Below the pieces are notes generated by a model. That model saw only the letters and a list, made by a program, of their open reading frames with translations. It was not told the origin of the DNA and searched no databases. Below, one piece after another: positions 13,693 to 27,471 of a stretch of 64,000 bases of DNA. Origin of the DNA: Pelomyxa schiedti (taxonomy: Eukaryota > Protista > Evosea); assembly GCA_020536535.1 (NCBI GenBank), contig JAHLWZ010000267.1, forward strand, positions 1-64,000, given 5' to 3'. A program made the position numbers and the translations under genes. Position 1 is the stretch's first letter; each line of letters begins with the position of its first letter.

Positions 13693-14403
13693 ATGCCCGG
13701 GAGCGGCGAGTTTGCGCGGGAAGTGGGGGTTCACGTGGATCAGAGGAGGATCTTGCTGAGGTTCTTGAAGAGCGACTTGGTGGATCGAGAGTGGCAAGCG
13801 ATGGTGGCTGGCGCCAGACCGTCGTCTCTTGAAGTGCGTACCTCGCTTTTCTGTCGGGACGGAGTCTTTGAGGAGCAATTGGTGAGCCAACTGGAAGCTT
13901 TTAAACCAAGGGTCAGACAGATAAGTTCCACCAAGAAGGATCTGCCGTCAAAGTATGACGAGGAGATGATCTGCTTTGGGGCGATATGGTTTTACTCTCT
14001 AGACTTCAGCAAGAAAGTATTTGTCTTCTGCAATGGAGAAGTGATCAACGAAAATGGGTGCATATACGACGAAATGCAGATTGGATTCTGCTGTGTGGAT
14101 TCTTGTGCACCAACACCACCACACCCTCCACATAAACTACTCAAGCCGGGAGCTCTCTCTGCCCCATGGATTCCTTTGGCTAAAGGATCACCCTCCCATT
14201 GGCGTCTATGGGGGACCAAGGGTTCTCTGCAGGGTTCCAGCATCATCCAACAACTAATGGACCTTAGTAATTGGCAGTTACCTAGGGAGGAAGAAGAACC
14301 TGTTTTGGGATACCTGGATGGTCTTGTGTCCTTGTGTGGCTGCAGGGAGTACTTTCAGGAAGTGAGTGGGGAGTATGAGACCAAAATAAAACTTTTCTAT
14401 TGA
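13693..14403 (+). CDS. Hypothetical protein (single exon, ~236 aa)
   Basis: ATG 13693 inside ORF 13171-14403; normal globular composition; head-to-head with CTF18. Confidence 0.6.
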   Translation: MPGSGEFAREVGVHVDQRRILLRFLKSDLVDREWQAMVAGARPSSLEVRTSLFCRDGVFEEQLVSQLEAFKPRVRQISSTKKDLPSKYDEEMICFGAIWFYSLDFSKKVFVFCNGEVINENGCIYDEMQIGFCCVDSCAPTPPHPPHKLLKPGALSAPWIPLAKGSPSHWRLWGTKGSLQGSSIIQQLMDLSNWQLPREEEEPVLGYLDGLVSLCGCREYFQEVSGEYETKIKLFY

Positions 14404-14545
14404 AGAAGTGACAAGCAATGTGGCTCTTCACCCGCAATGGTATACACTTCACTAAACACTGAGACCTGCGTTTTGTCATTGTTGAAAACAAACGAGGCTT
14501 CTTGGAAGGAAGGTTTTCTTTTTAAATCGCCGGAAATAAGTAGAC

Positions 14546-17500
14546 ATGAGTTCCCTGCTTGGTGTCGTTCGTGCGGCGAAGGAGGAGTGGGAGTCGCAAC
14601 AACAAGGGGCAAGATCTCGGCAACAAAGTGACGGCGAGGGAGAGTCCGGAGGGTGTGCCAGCGGATTTGTGGAATGGGTCACGTCGCGCGACATGGACTC
14701 CCATGTTGGATCTCTTCAGTCTTGCTCGACCGCGCAACGTGCGGAAATTGCGTCTTGTTTGCTGGAGTTGGCAAAGGTAGTTTTGGTGGGGAGATCTTTT
14801 GTGACCGACGAAGAGGCGGACGACGCGTGCTGCGTTGGTGGTGCTGATACGCGAGAGAGGCGTGCAAAGTTTGACGAGAAAGTGATTTTGTGTGTGTGTG
14901 AAATCACGCAGGCTTTCTTGTGCATGGACTTACAGCGAAAGAGCAAATCCAAAAAAAGAAAGACAAAGCAAACTGAAGAAGGAGGAAAACCACACGCCAC
15001 TGCTGGTGAGAAAAAGACTGAGCGCATCAAACCATCAAAAGCCCACTTAACACCTCTACCTGATGAGCTGCAAAAACTAATTTTCATGCTTCAAGGTGAG
15101 GGTGTTTCCTCCCGGGCCACATTCCTCATCGCACAACAGGGTTTATAGTTGACTTTGTGAATGGTTCTAAGCCTGCCCTGGCCAATTCTGTTTCTCAGTT
15201 ATGTGAGACTTGGTGGTTGCAGGTCTACTATTTTCCCTTGGCTTCGGAACTGAAGTGTTTGTATTTACAGGAAAGACCAAATAGGGAAAATGTGGCCCCA
15301 GTAACAAGTCTTTACCTCACTGCATGCGCTCTTAACCTGCAAGCAAAAGTAGCTGGTAAGCAATGCACTTCACATGATAACTTCTCACTTCACTCTCCTA
15401 GATATCAATAGATTATATGCATTCAAAGAAGCCTTCTTAGTTTTGGATTTTCAAGCAGAAAGGTTTTTTTTTATGTTTCCTTTGCTGAGATGTTTGAACC
15501 TTCTTAGTACTGGGCGTCTGAAAAACTTGCTGCTAAAGTGTTTCATTCACCCTCCTATTCTGAATTCACAGTCTGGGTTCAAGTTTCTTGTATTTTCAAT
15601 GAATATGGATGCACAGCTTCTTACTGAAATGCACCAGACCATGCAAGCTCAAGTTTGTGCCTTTCACATCGCCAAATGCACTGATTCACGCAGATGAGGA
15701 CTTGCTGGAAATCAGTTATTGACATATATGGCTCAATCTATTTTAGAGCGTGGAAACAAGCGTCTGGTGCATGCAAGATTAAACTTGGTTCCTATAAATA
15801 TGATCACTTTCACCTTCCCTGTGCTGATTTCCTGATTTAGAGTCTTGTCTTCAAAGTCTGATAGAAACTGGGATGCTAGTTGCGAATCCTAAAGTTGTTA
15901 AACTTATACAACAAATCTTGTCAAATTTCTATAAACACAAAAACGAAAAAGCGGTGTGCTTAACTAACCAGCTACCAGTCTGAACTCTAACCATTGTTAT
16001 TGGAAAGGTTGATGAGCTATTGTACCGCCTTTATGGTCCGATTTTATGGCTAAATTTAAGTGCTGCAAATCCGAAAGGTGACAATTTACAGTTTTCTTGA
16101 AGAAATAAAATATCTCTTCGTCTAGTTCGAAGGAATACTGCGGTATTTTTCTTTGATGCTTTCCCACTCCAAGTAAAAATGTAAATTTTCCATTTACAAG
16201 CAATAATTATCTTGGCAGGACCCTGATGCTTCAATGAGCGATACCTATGACTATTTGCAGAGGCAGTTTACACAAATAAAGGTAAGCAATAATTTTTGCA
16301 TATATAAGTGAACAAATTTTTTAGTAGGATCTCCTCAAAGACCCTTGTGATCTTGTTCGCTCGGTAGCTGTGCATGGAACCTGCAGTGTGTTGAATACAT
16401 TCTGGGAGTTAATTCCTCCCACCACTTCACAGACACTTCTTCAAACACTGATACTTGAGTTGGCATTGGACAAAAGGCATCATCCTTCATTTAGAATTAC
16501 CAGAGTAACATTATAATTTCAATCAGCTCTGCCCTGGTGCGTACTGCAGTCTTTGACGGGTTACAGAAAGTTCTTGATAACTTCCTGACTCACGATGCTA
16601 TGAAAGGTTACTCTACTTCCCATTATAAAGGTTCCCAGCCTCATTTTCTGTTTAGTTCTTCTCCCTAAGCTGAAAAACTCCATCCATGATACTAATAAGA
16701 AAGTTCGACGAGCCTTTGTTGGACTGTTGCAGTACATAAAAGGCATGAGCGATATTAACTTTCTGGACATTGTACCATTAGATCATCTTCTTTATAGACT
16801 ATGTATATTGATTACCCTCCCCCACATTCTCCTTAAATGACCGTTTTGACATAGCTGTTGATACAGAAGCTGTAATCATTCCCCTCACCCGATTACTTGC
16901 CTCAATTTACTTGCCTGATGACAAACACACCAAATCCTTATTGTCCCGGTGCTTTGAAATGATAAAATCCAATCCACGGTACCTTCTTTTACAGTGCCCT
17001 CTTCATTTTGCTAAGTTTCCCAGGGCTGCTGTAGTATTTTATACCAATGCTCCCCCCTTCGTGATGATATCCACAATATGTAAATTAATGGCAGCATTAC
17101 TTCTGGTATGAAGCTGATTTTCCTTTGACAAAGCCATTTTAATACCTATTTTAGCACCTCAACTCTAAGGGGACTATACCTAGTAAGTCCTCCAAACACT
17201 TGTCAATACTAAAGAATAGAGTGTTTGGCCACTAATACATGCGATTAATTATTTCAGTTACACCAGCAACGCCCGTTGGGGATCAAACAAATACTCCTCT
17301 TAGCAGTGAAGCTGAGGAACTTGTAATTCTGGAGGTGATGACAACTCTCTCTCAAAGAGTTTTGCCTTTATGTACTGACGAAAACAAGTATCTTGCTGAA
17401 GTATGCTCCTTTTCTTGTTTCCATTTGTATCAGTGCAAAACCTAACTGACCAACAGCAACTTCTTCAAGAGCATCTTTTCTCAGTGAAGTCTTTATTCAA

Positions 17501-19598
17501 AGTTTCAGATAAATTTGGTGAGCTTAAGCATCATGCAACCCTTCACATCAGGCGCATCATTTCTTTACTCCCACGTGACGATAAAACTGCAAAAAAATTG
17601 CTTGGAACACTGAAAAACGTAAGTGCATGTTCGAGCTCAAGATATCTTCCTGACATTGACTAAGTTTCAATGTGATGTATCCGAGTCAGACTACGAACCT
17701 CTAATTAAATGCTTGTTTTCTTGGAAAGACCATACTCTGGCATGTGCCTTCCGGGGTTTATTTTATACTAACTGACGAAGGTTCTTGAGGTCATAATATC
17801 TTTTCTTGGTACCCTTGATAAACTGCCCAATGCGGCTCCAGACTTTTCAAACAAATCTGGCTCTCGCCCAGATTTGAAGGCATCTATTGGCTTGAAGTAT
17901 TTTAATTGCATTCTGGTATTTCTTCAGACACCAATAACTCTTGGTCTCTTTTCAAGTACCCACAAGTAAAAAGGCAGACAACGAACTCCGTACGGTAGCA
18001 TTTGAAGACATCGACAGTATAACTGGGATTGCTGAAAAACTTCATACGCATGTGGCACTTGTACAAGAGCGTGCTAACACTACACGATGTTCTTTGGTTC
18101 CTACTCCATTTTATTCCTAAGTAGTGTCAGTTGATGAAGCCACTGATGTTTGTCTTCTAACATCTTTCACCACGTTTTGCAAATTGATTATCCACCAATT
18201 TGGATCTCAAGCTCTGAGCCAACAAGTAAACCTATCTTAGTTGAATCATGAGTTACTCTCTTAGGATGCCGATCTTCCAAATATTGTATGGATGATTAAT
18301 TGGGCGACTCACGAACTTATTCCCAAACTTAACAGCCGGCAAGTATCAAAGTCTTCTCCTTCCCAAGTCATCTGTATACAACAGGGAGAATTCTACTACA
18401 AGCTCTGATTCTGCTACGAACAGTAGCACAACATCTATAACATCTACTGCAAGCAGTGTTCTAGCCCCTATAACTGTCAGCAACTCAAACACCAGCACCC
18501 CAGACACCTTTATTGAAGAAGCCATTCTTAGAGTCGTAATACTTATTTCTGAGTTTTCTGCCCTTGGAATGCTGAGCCTTGAATCCTGTGAGCCTGTACT
18601 AGACCTCATACGTTCTCTTGTTTGTACGGACCGAGGTATATTGTACTGCCTGTTCTCAACATGTAATATCGGGAAAAGCGTCCGTTTTGACCTCGACTTT
18701 GCCATTACTTTCACGTTTACTTCACCACTGGCTTCGCCAAGGTTCACACGTGTTTGCTCTCGTCAATTTAATGGTGGCAAATGACAGGCGGTGACTTCAC
18801 TCCTCACGCAATTACTGCACTGTTGTCAATTGTAACAAAGGTGCCGTTTGATTCCCTGCAGGTACTGGCTTCCATATTTTTTTTCTGAACAATATTACTG
18901 ACTTTGAAAAACAAAGCCTGGACTGAATCTCTCCGATGTCTTCTCTACACTCTCAGTTAGAGGAACATTGCACAAGTTATCTCTCCCCCTCCTCGATTCA
19001 ATATTATTTGTGCAGCTTGATGACTATGTATCTCCTCTGTTCTCACTTCTGTCATCAATTCTGCTAGGTGCCATCTATGATAAAGAATACTTCACTTTGT
19101 AGTTCAATGTCTAAAGAAAACAGTTCTGGTTTTGAGCCTGTCTCCGATCTTACCGCTTTACCCTCTGCTTCTCAATTTGTATTTCATGCAATGATGAAAG
19201 TTCCCAAGTTGCTGTTGGATATGTTTCTTCAGGTATTTCGAATCTCAATTTCTTTTAAGTACTGACTGATATGCAGCTCAAACACATATTCCAAACACAA
19301 TTCAGTAGTGCATCCCTGTGGAAAATTCTCTCCATTATTTCTATTCTCATGGCGAATTTGCCAGGTTAATTCCCAGTGCCACAGTGAACACAGGCTAACT
19401 CGACTTCTTAGCAAGTTCACCCAACATATCCACTCTTGAGGAATTCCTTCTAAGTATCATTTCAAAGACAGAGGCCGGGTATACCTTTTTCTCACCCAGA
19501 GCTCTCCCCAACAATAACATTGTGCCAGAACTGATGCAACGGACGCAATTCTCTACGACATCGCCAATAGCATGTATCTGGCAAGACATAAAGTGTAA
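14546..19598 (+). CDS. NCAPG2: Condensin-2 complex subunit G2 (HEAT repeats)
   Basis: CETWWLQ..ENVAP, DINRLYAFKEAFLVLDF, LKNLLLKCFIHP..GFKFLVF, IYFRAWK, DPCDLVRSVAVHG, ELALDKSSALVRTAVF, SIHDTNKKVRRAFVGLL match CAP-G2; many short introns. Confidence 0.9.
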
Positions 19599-19694
19599 AA
19601 CACCAGTACAATTCCTTTGTGTTGCTGATTTAGATTTTCGTTTTGTTTACGCTCCGATGAATCTTGAAAAAGATCGTACCGATAAAAAAAAAAG

Positions 19695-21613
19695 ATGCAC
19701 CACGATTACAGCGTAACCACTGCAACAGGGGAACCTCAGCAACAACAACGAGGGAGTCAAACCCCACAAGAACAAGAACAACCACAACAGCAAGAACCCA
19801 CCTCTGCCCCACCTTGCAATGGGTGCTCCACGGTATCATCCATCGCAGAACTGGCCACTGACTGCCTGGGTGCGTGGGCTGAGGACGGCGACACAAAAGG
19901 GGCGTACCTCCTGTCACTCCGCCTCGTTCTTGGTTGTTGCCATTGCTGCGCCGGCGGTACTGAGCAGCAAAAGCAGAGTGCTCTGCTGGAGCACCAGCGG
20001 GAGGTGTACCGCCAGCACGTGCAGTTCGAAATGGAAGGGAGCGACGACCGGTTGTACACCGTGGCGGCGGCGGCAGCTGACTCTACGCCACAATCGTCCG
20101 CTCTTGGGCACATGGTGTGGTACTGGCTCTTGGTGTGTGAGCCCAGGCTGCTGGAGGCCCTGTGGCCGATCGAGGCGTCTGTTCCAGAAAGGGTTTGCCA
20201 GGGTGCCAAGAGCCATCCCTTGTCTGCACAACAATGGATGGTTGACTTCCTGGGGGGCCTTGCCGATGCCACCACGGCAATCGCTGCCGCGGAGAATGCC
20301 AAGCTATCACTGCCCACTGGTGGTGTGTAATCGCCATTTTTCATTCATCGAAGCGTTCAACTATTCTTGGAAACAAAAACCTCCAACTCACCACTATATT
20401 TAAATGAACTTGGTGTGATTCTCTTCCAGTGCACCCAACTACTGCAATCACTTGTCCAGAAGAAAGAGGTACAAAATCGAGGTTGTGCAGTTTGGCACAC
20501 TTCTTGCTTGGAATTGCGCACTCACGGGAATACGGACCATGGCCATTTACCAATGAACCCAAGGCCAAGGAACACATCAAGACTGCTGCCGACGGTGGTG
20601 ACAAAATGGCACAATTCTGGTTGTGGAGCCAATATGGTGACGAATACTTGGACTATGTTCCAAAGTCTGCCTCACAGGGATTCTGCCCTGCACTTCACGC
20701 CCTTGGGCTGATGCACCAAGAAGTTGATGCCCCAGAGGGTGTGCCTTTAAACCGCACAGAGGGCCTCAGGTTGCTTCGAGTTGGGGCAGCGGAGAAAGGG
20801 GACGCATGGTGCCAGTTTGAGACGGCCAAAGTAGCAACTCAGAAGGAGGACGCACTGAGGTTGTTCAAGCTTGCCTCTGATCAAGGCCTCGCACTGGCAC
20901 AGTACGGTTTGGCATGCTCACTTTTACAGCTGGATGACAACACAGGGAATAACGAGCGGGATGCGCTCCGCCTGTTGAAGCTATCTGCTTGCCAGGGTGT
21001 CCCAAACTCACTGACGATGCTTGGAGTGTTTTTCCTTACGGGATTCAGAGTGGAACGGAACTACAGCACGGCAGTTGAGTACCTGTCATTGGCTTCCGAA
21101 ACAGGTGACCCAACTGCGCAGTTGAACCTGGCACAGTGCTATTTGGATGGGAAAGGAGTCGAAACAGACGAGGCCCAAGCACTCAGACTGCTTCAGCAGG
21201 CCTCAGACAGCGGTTTGGCAGAGGCAGATGTTTCCATTGGGGTGATGTATCTGGAAGGCTCCACTGCCATCCCGCTGGACCTCACAAAGGCCTGCCACCA
21301 TTTCCAGAGCGCCATTCAGAAGAACAGTGAGTGCTCTGAGGCTTCGTTTTTCCTTGGTGTGCTGATGCTGCGTGGTGTTGCACCAGGAACCAGGCAGGAG
21401 GGAATGGCACTTGTGCAGAAGTCGACAGAGTCCATGGCGCCAGCGACGTTTGTTGGGCTTGGTGAGGTGTATGAGTATGGAGTGGGAGGGATCACGAGGG
21501 ATTTGAGGGAAGCATCGAGGTGGTTCAGGCTGGCTGCTGCCTCATCTGCACCAACTTCTTCCCATGTACAAAAGGCACTTGAAAAACTTGAGGAGTTGAC
21601 AAGGCAGCCATGA
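19695..21613 (+). CDS. Sel1-like repeat (SLR/TPR) protein
   Basis: Repeated A..QG...A...LG..Y..G.GV..D...A..W/L motifs in ORF 20429-21613; probable first exon 19695-~20322. Confidence 0.88.
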
Positions 21614-22226
21614 GAAAGAAGGGGGAACCAAAATGTGCAGACGCAGGGCTTGCCGGATCTGAGTGACAACCGCAGCGATTTCACGTTTGGTTGTTTCACA
21701 ACAACCTGTTTCATTGAATGCCGCCGTTGGGGTCTCTAAGTTTGTGAATAACGAAGAAGGAGGATAATAATAAATAACTTTGAATCATTCGGTTGGGTAT
21801 TATGAGTTCACCCGTTAACGAAGGTCAGGAGGACGAGAACCTCTTGAGGGGGGATTCTGCAAATGTGATCATAGTTATAACCCATGCAACGAGTTTTTGG
21901 TGACTGATAGTTATTTTGGTACAATCCTTGATTTGAGGCACGATATGCCCACACAAATGCGCCCTCAGCTGTTCCTCTTTCTTTCTAGGGAACCACCCGC
22001 CTGTTACGGTATTATGGGCCTTCGCACGTAGCGGGTGCTTCTCACAAAGTGGATGGGTTCGAACGAAAGTTCCTAAGAAAAAGAACAGAAAAATTTTGAC
22101 AGGTTTCTGTATGCTTTCTCACCCAATTCTCTACAATTTCTTTTGTGGAACGAACGTGGAACCCTTCTTCAAGGAACCATGATGGCTTTTTTTGTCCAGA
22201 CAAGGCACAAGAGATTTCAGTGAGCC

Positions 22227-25200
22227 TCAGAACGACTGAATGTTTCTGCACAAGGAACAGCCGAGTACAAACTCCGCCACGTGTGGGTGCGCAACTAAAA
22301 AAAACACAGTGAGAGAATGATTGATAGGAGTAATAATGGGCTGGGGGTGGGGGCGGGAGGGGGGGAAGAGGACCTTTCAAGGGGCATGATTCTGGCCCGG
22401 GGCACCTGAAGCACGTTAGGTGAGGTGTGTAGGCTAAGGGAGTGGCATACTTGGCGAAGTAGGTTGCCGGCATTTTTGTGAGGTACGCTCCTTTGTTTTG
22501 TTTTGTGTGACAGTCATCACAAAAGTGTGTGGTACCCCAGCAAAACCACACGGCCACACTGCAACAAAACTGGCACTAGAACGGTGAGGAAACCTGTTGA
22601 GAAAGAGAGTAGCCGGTACCTTATACTCTCTATAACGGGCAAGTAAAAAACGGCATATTTTGATTGGTCAGTACAAATGTGAGAAGGAAGGGAGCAATAC
22701 ATAAACTCGGCCCCATGCTTCTTGCAAGTCGCGGCATTGGCACCACCACTGCATCCACCACAAACTAGATCAGCTGGGTTGTATTCCTTCTCCTCATTTC
22801 CAGCATCACATTGCTTCTGCCCAGCAAAATAGGGATGCTTGGGGCCAGTAAATAAACTGCAAGAAGGAAAAATGGCTACTTTGCAGCGAGAGCACAGGAA
22901 GTAGGAAAATCTATCCATTGCATACTCTGTCGGCTTTCCAAAGAATCGTGACTTAGGATCTTTTAGGTCTCGTGTATTGATTAGGCCCTCATAGGAAAGT
23001 CTCTGCGTGGCTTTTGATTCGACTTCAGCCTTAAGCTGTTTTATGGGAGCAAGGATGTCAACAAGTGAAGGGTGTTCCATTGTATGTTTGCAAAGAGGGC
23101 ACTCAGAAAATCCGAAGGTAATTCTGGCACCTGTTTGTGGTGAGACAAGGAAGGTACTCAATGCCAACACACTTGGCCAACGCTGTGTGAGTTTTTTCCT
23201 GATACAAGAATTGTGGAAAACATGACCACAGATAAGTTGGATGCATGGAGCTGATTCCAGGGCTTCAGCCCAGCATATGTTACAGAAGTCAGAGCCTTTC
23301 TAATCTGGGTTATGTTACAGACAGGGTGTAAAATTCAAACTTGGGCTGAGCTCGCAGAACAACAAGAATCCCGTAAGCAAGGAAGGCAAGCACGTTCATT
23401 CTTGATACCATTGCAAGGATGTCCACATTTAAGCACTCTATATGACAGCGACATTTTTCCCTCTACATCATGAGATGCAACAGTCATACCTGGTGCAGCA
23501 CATTGCTGCCCTTTCTTGACATTCCTCCTGAGTGCATACATCTTTGACGGGGCCAGATGCTACCTAAATGACCGTCAATGGTAGCAAAAAACGAGAATCA
23601 CTTGTACCGAGGCAGCAAGCTGCACCCCGCAGAAGCGACAGTGCCTTGACTCGAGGTAAGACTTATACTTTTATGGACAATTAACTTAGACAAGCAGGAA
23701 GAAATGGAAACCTCCTGGCAAGTGAATCCTAAATGAAATGGTTGCGCTTTGCATGAAGCACAAAATATTGTACTGCAATTCGGACATCGGAACCTAGAGT
23801 TCTTTTTTTTTTTTTTTTTTTGCTCAGGTTTTCCTTACTTGCCCGTAACAAACCTTGTAGCAGTCAAGAGCTTCAGGAGACAAAGGCTTATCATCAGGAC
23901 CTTTCTATAAAAGTTGTTTCTATTAAGCTATGAATTGCATGCAGGCCATACAAGACTTGACGTTTGCGTTGAATCACTGCTCAACTTTTCCATTACAAGC
24001 TTGCAAGCTGATATATGCACTTCGTTAATGATATCATCACAGCCCTCTTTTCCAACCTGGATTAGGACAGTGGAACAACCTCTCATCTCCCTCTACAAAT
24101 TTTTCCAATAAAAGTTGATCATATTTCGTAAAGTCTTCAGCAGATAAGATCTCCTTTTCTAGGCTTAGTGTATAGTGATGTTATTTTCTACATCACTACA
24201 CACCTTGAGTAACCTGTCAGCCACAACAGTGCCACAACCACTATATGTGCACTTAAACTGCATGGACTTGTGAGAACCAGAAACTATAGAATCCAGCTGT
24301 TTCTTAAGGCTTCGATTAAGGCATGCATCACAGTAGTTGTGTGAACAATCCTAGAGGAATTAAAGCGAGAGAGGGGGAGCCTCGGGATGATTACAAGTTG
24401 GAAAATAGACTCCGGTGCAAAATGTCCACTGCAAATCACACAACAACTATTGTTACGCAAGTACTCTTGGAATAGGCTTTACAATAGTTAGGTGGCGAGG
24501 AAATATGGCGCATACCGTTCATTCTCTTCAGGAGTTGGAGATGCCGAGGCATTCACAGGACTTTTAACCACTACCAGGTTGGAAGGAGGTGGAACTGAGA
24601 TGGAAGAGTGGGTTGCCGAAGTAGAAACAGTCGAGGAAGGAAGAGGATGAAGGGCTAAAGATGAAATTGGCTCAGAGAGAAGGGGAACGTTTTTAGGTGC
24701 AGGGGGTGCCAGTAGAGGTGGGGGGGGAATGTCTTTCCTATCAACTGCCATCACACCATCCACAAATATTTGTAACTGCAATTCTCCCTTGATTTTTCCA
24801 TTTGCATTTCGGAGTGATACAGTGGTCATTACAGGCTTTAATTGGGTAGAAATAGCGCTAAGATTGACTCGAGCACTCCCAATGAGTGTGGGTCGTTTGA
24901 CTGAGTTTTTGTCCCACACTTCTAATTCCAGTTCTTCATCTTGGTAAAGAGATGACAAGGAGCTTTTTTTTTTTGCTGATTTAGAGTCAGACTGGATACA
25001 ACGAAAGCATACAAATGGAAGGGAATATTCCACTTTGGTGATGAGTTGTTCCGGATTGTGTGTGTTTCTACTCTGTTGTTTTGAAACTACTGTGATTAAG
25101 GAGAAGAAAGAAAAAGATTGTTGAACAGCAGAAATTGTAACCTTGATTACAGCATAGTAGTTTGTTGAAGCTATTACGAATATGAGAAGCAACTTCGGAG

Positions 25201-25710
25201 AAGGAGGAAAAAGAGTGTCACACCCAGTATTTTTGCAGGGGGTAAGTATCTTGCCTCTATTATTTGCACATGTACTGCACCTTTTTTCAGAAAAACAAAT
25301 AACATAAAATAACATAGGGGAAAAAAAAAGGAAGGGAGAGAGCAGAGTTAGTTTGGTTAAACCAATAAAAAAGTGGGTGTGAATACTAAGACGCTAACGT
25401 GGTTCTACACCCTCCACCATCCCTTTATTGCTTTTTTTTTTTTTTTTATTCTGGTTTTACGTGTCCTCGAAAAACGAAAAGGGTGGTGGGGAAAGCCGAA
25501 ATCGAAAAAGTAATTACTGGGATGGCACTAGTTACCTGCGGCATTTTCGAGCTTTGGCGACGACAAACCATCGAGCACCACGTTGACGACGGGAGATCTG
25601 CGAGGGGCACTGGGAGGCGCGATCCTGCCTCTCTTTGGTGCCGGCGGCCCTCGTACGGGCGGAGGCGGTGCCGCCGCGCTGCTACTACTCGCACTCGAAC
25701 GCGCGCTCAT
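22227..25710 (-). CDS. C2 domain + RING + IBR-like + MYCBP2/PHR-type RING-Cys-relay (RCR) E3 ubiquitin ligase
   Basis: C2: LELEVWDKNSVKRPTLIGSARVNL..KGELQL; RING CVIC..CSHNYCDAC..C..SGC; IBR-like RCPNCSTIFCASCKAQPFHLGFTC; RCR: FCNICWAEALESAPCIQLICGHVFH, ITFGFSECPLCK, PYFAGQKQCDAG, CQFCCSVAVWFCWGTTHFCDDCH, EFVLGCSLCRN. Confidence 0.9.
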
Positions 25711-25997
25711 TCCACGTTATGGGTTAAAATGAAACACGCCAAACTACCACGGCACCACAAGGTTGATGAAGAAAAAAAACCGCAAGAGGAGGCGAATCTT
25801 CACAATGCGCTGTTGGTTACCCAAAGGTGGATGTAATCTCGGAGAAGGATCCGTCCAATGAGGACTGACGCTGATTGCTTGTTCTGAGTCCACCATCATT
25901 TCTCAGTCGAACAAAAAGCCACGGAAATTTCGTTCGTCTTTTTCGAGATCCTTGCCGTATTTCCCTGCACGACTGTTACAAAACCGAACAAACAAAA

Positions 25998-27456
25998 ATG
26001 ATGAAACTCCTTGTGGCGGTGGTGCTTGTTGCCGGATTTGCGTGCGCGTCCGACTGGGTCGAACTGGCCACATTGGGAACAACTGCTACGGGTGTGTCGT
26101 TCTGCAAATCTACCAAGGGCGTAGCCGTCGGTGGCGAGCAGGTCTGGTATACTACCGACAGCGGAGCTACGTGGCCCTCGTTCTCGTTCAACTCCACACC
26201 CGTAACCTATTTCGCCGACGCCGCTGCGGATGCGACTTACGCAGTTGCAATTGGCCCTGGAGACGGTGACAGGTTTGGCTCGTTTTGTTGAATTTCTGCC
26301 ATCTGACGTTTGCTTCGTATTTCTTGAACGAAAAAGCATCACGGGCACTGCCTATAGCTCGGACTGCGGCGCTACTTGGACTATTTCATCTGAGAGGTTG
26401 CTTCCTTTTCTTTCAATCTTTAGTTTAAGAAAACATTAAAGCTACCCTCGATGCAATTGGCAAGACGTAAAGCCAATTGGTACTGGCAGTTCTGGTAACT
26501 TTGTCAAGACCGGAAACTGGTACTCTCTTGTAAAAGGTGGAGAGGGTGTTGCTATTTCAGAGTAAGCCTAAGACTCCATTTCCCTCAACTCAAATTCCTT
26601 ACAGAGATGGCGGCAAAACCTGGACAACCCGGCCATGGTTCGATGGTGTAACTGCTATTGCGTCGTCATTTACTTCAACCCTCAATGGTTGGACTGTTGG
26701 TGGCGATCAATCTACTGACATAGAGAAGACAACGGCAATTCTGGCCCAAACTACAAATCGAGGTGTAAGCTGGACACTTTTAGTTAATAACTCCGCTGTG
26801 TAAGTACTTCGTATTTCCCAGGATACAGGGTTATTCACACTTTTAACAATAGCGGCTACTTCACTGATATCTACTTTGTTGACGCTTCCTATGGGTGGAC
26901 ATTAACGCATGTGCCAGCAGGTAAAGTCTTCTGCTTATTCCTTTTTTCCCTAATATAATAAGTTGGCTCGACCTATGCCTACAGTGTGATTAGCATGACA
27001 ACTGATGGTGGTAAAACCTGGACCGAACAGGTCAAGACACCCAAGGTTGCGTTGAAATCCCTTTACATGGTCTCAAAGACAGAGGGATGGGCTGTTGGTG
27101 TGTCTGAACTTCTTTTATGAATTTCACTCAATTGTGAAAAGGTGGTTATGAGGATGGTATTTATTACCATGCTCAGTTCCTGCACACAACAGACGGCGGA
27201 GCTTCATGGTTAAGCTTCGAGAAACGCGGGGTATCTCTCACCACAATTTCCCTCAGTGTAACATTCCTCCTATCACTAGTACCTGGTCAACAGTGTCTCG
27301 GGACTTGATAGTACCCACGTTTATGCTACTGCCACACGTGAGATGTCATTTGCGGGTGTTGTTTTACAATGGTCACCTTAAATCCCTTCTGTTTTGACAG
27401 AGTATTACAAGGTTTTTAAAGTAAAAGAAGGTTTTTTTTATTTCTTCCACTTTTAA
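25998..27456 (+). CDS. Secreted BNR/Asp-box (Ycf48-like) beta-propeller protein
   Basis: Signal peptide MMKLLVAVVLVAGFACA; repeated Asp-boxes TTDSGATW, SSDCGATW, DGGKTW, TTNRGVSW, TTDGGKTW, TTDGGASW; 3' end approximate. Confidence 0.82.
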
Positions 27457-27471
27457 AATACAAAAACAACT

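Noticed and set aside
21614-22226. 600-bp gap with hairpin CACCCGC...GCGGGTG (21995-22037) and a short ATG ORF at 21802
   Set aside because: No match to a known RNA family or SECIS core, and no convincing gene model.
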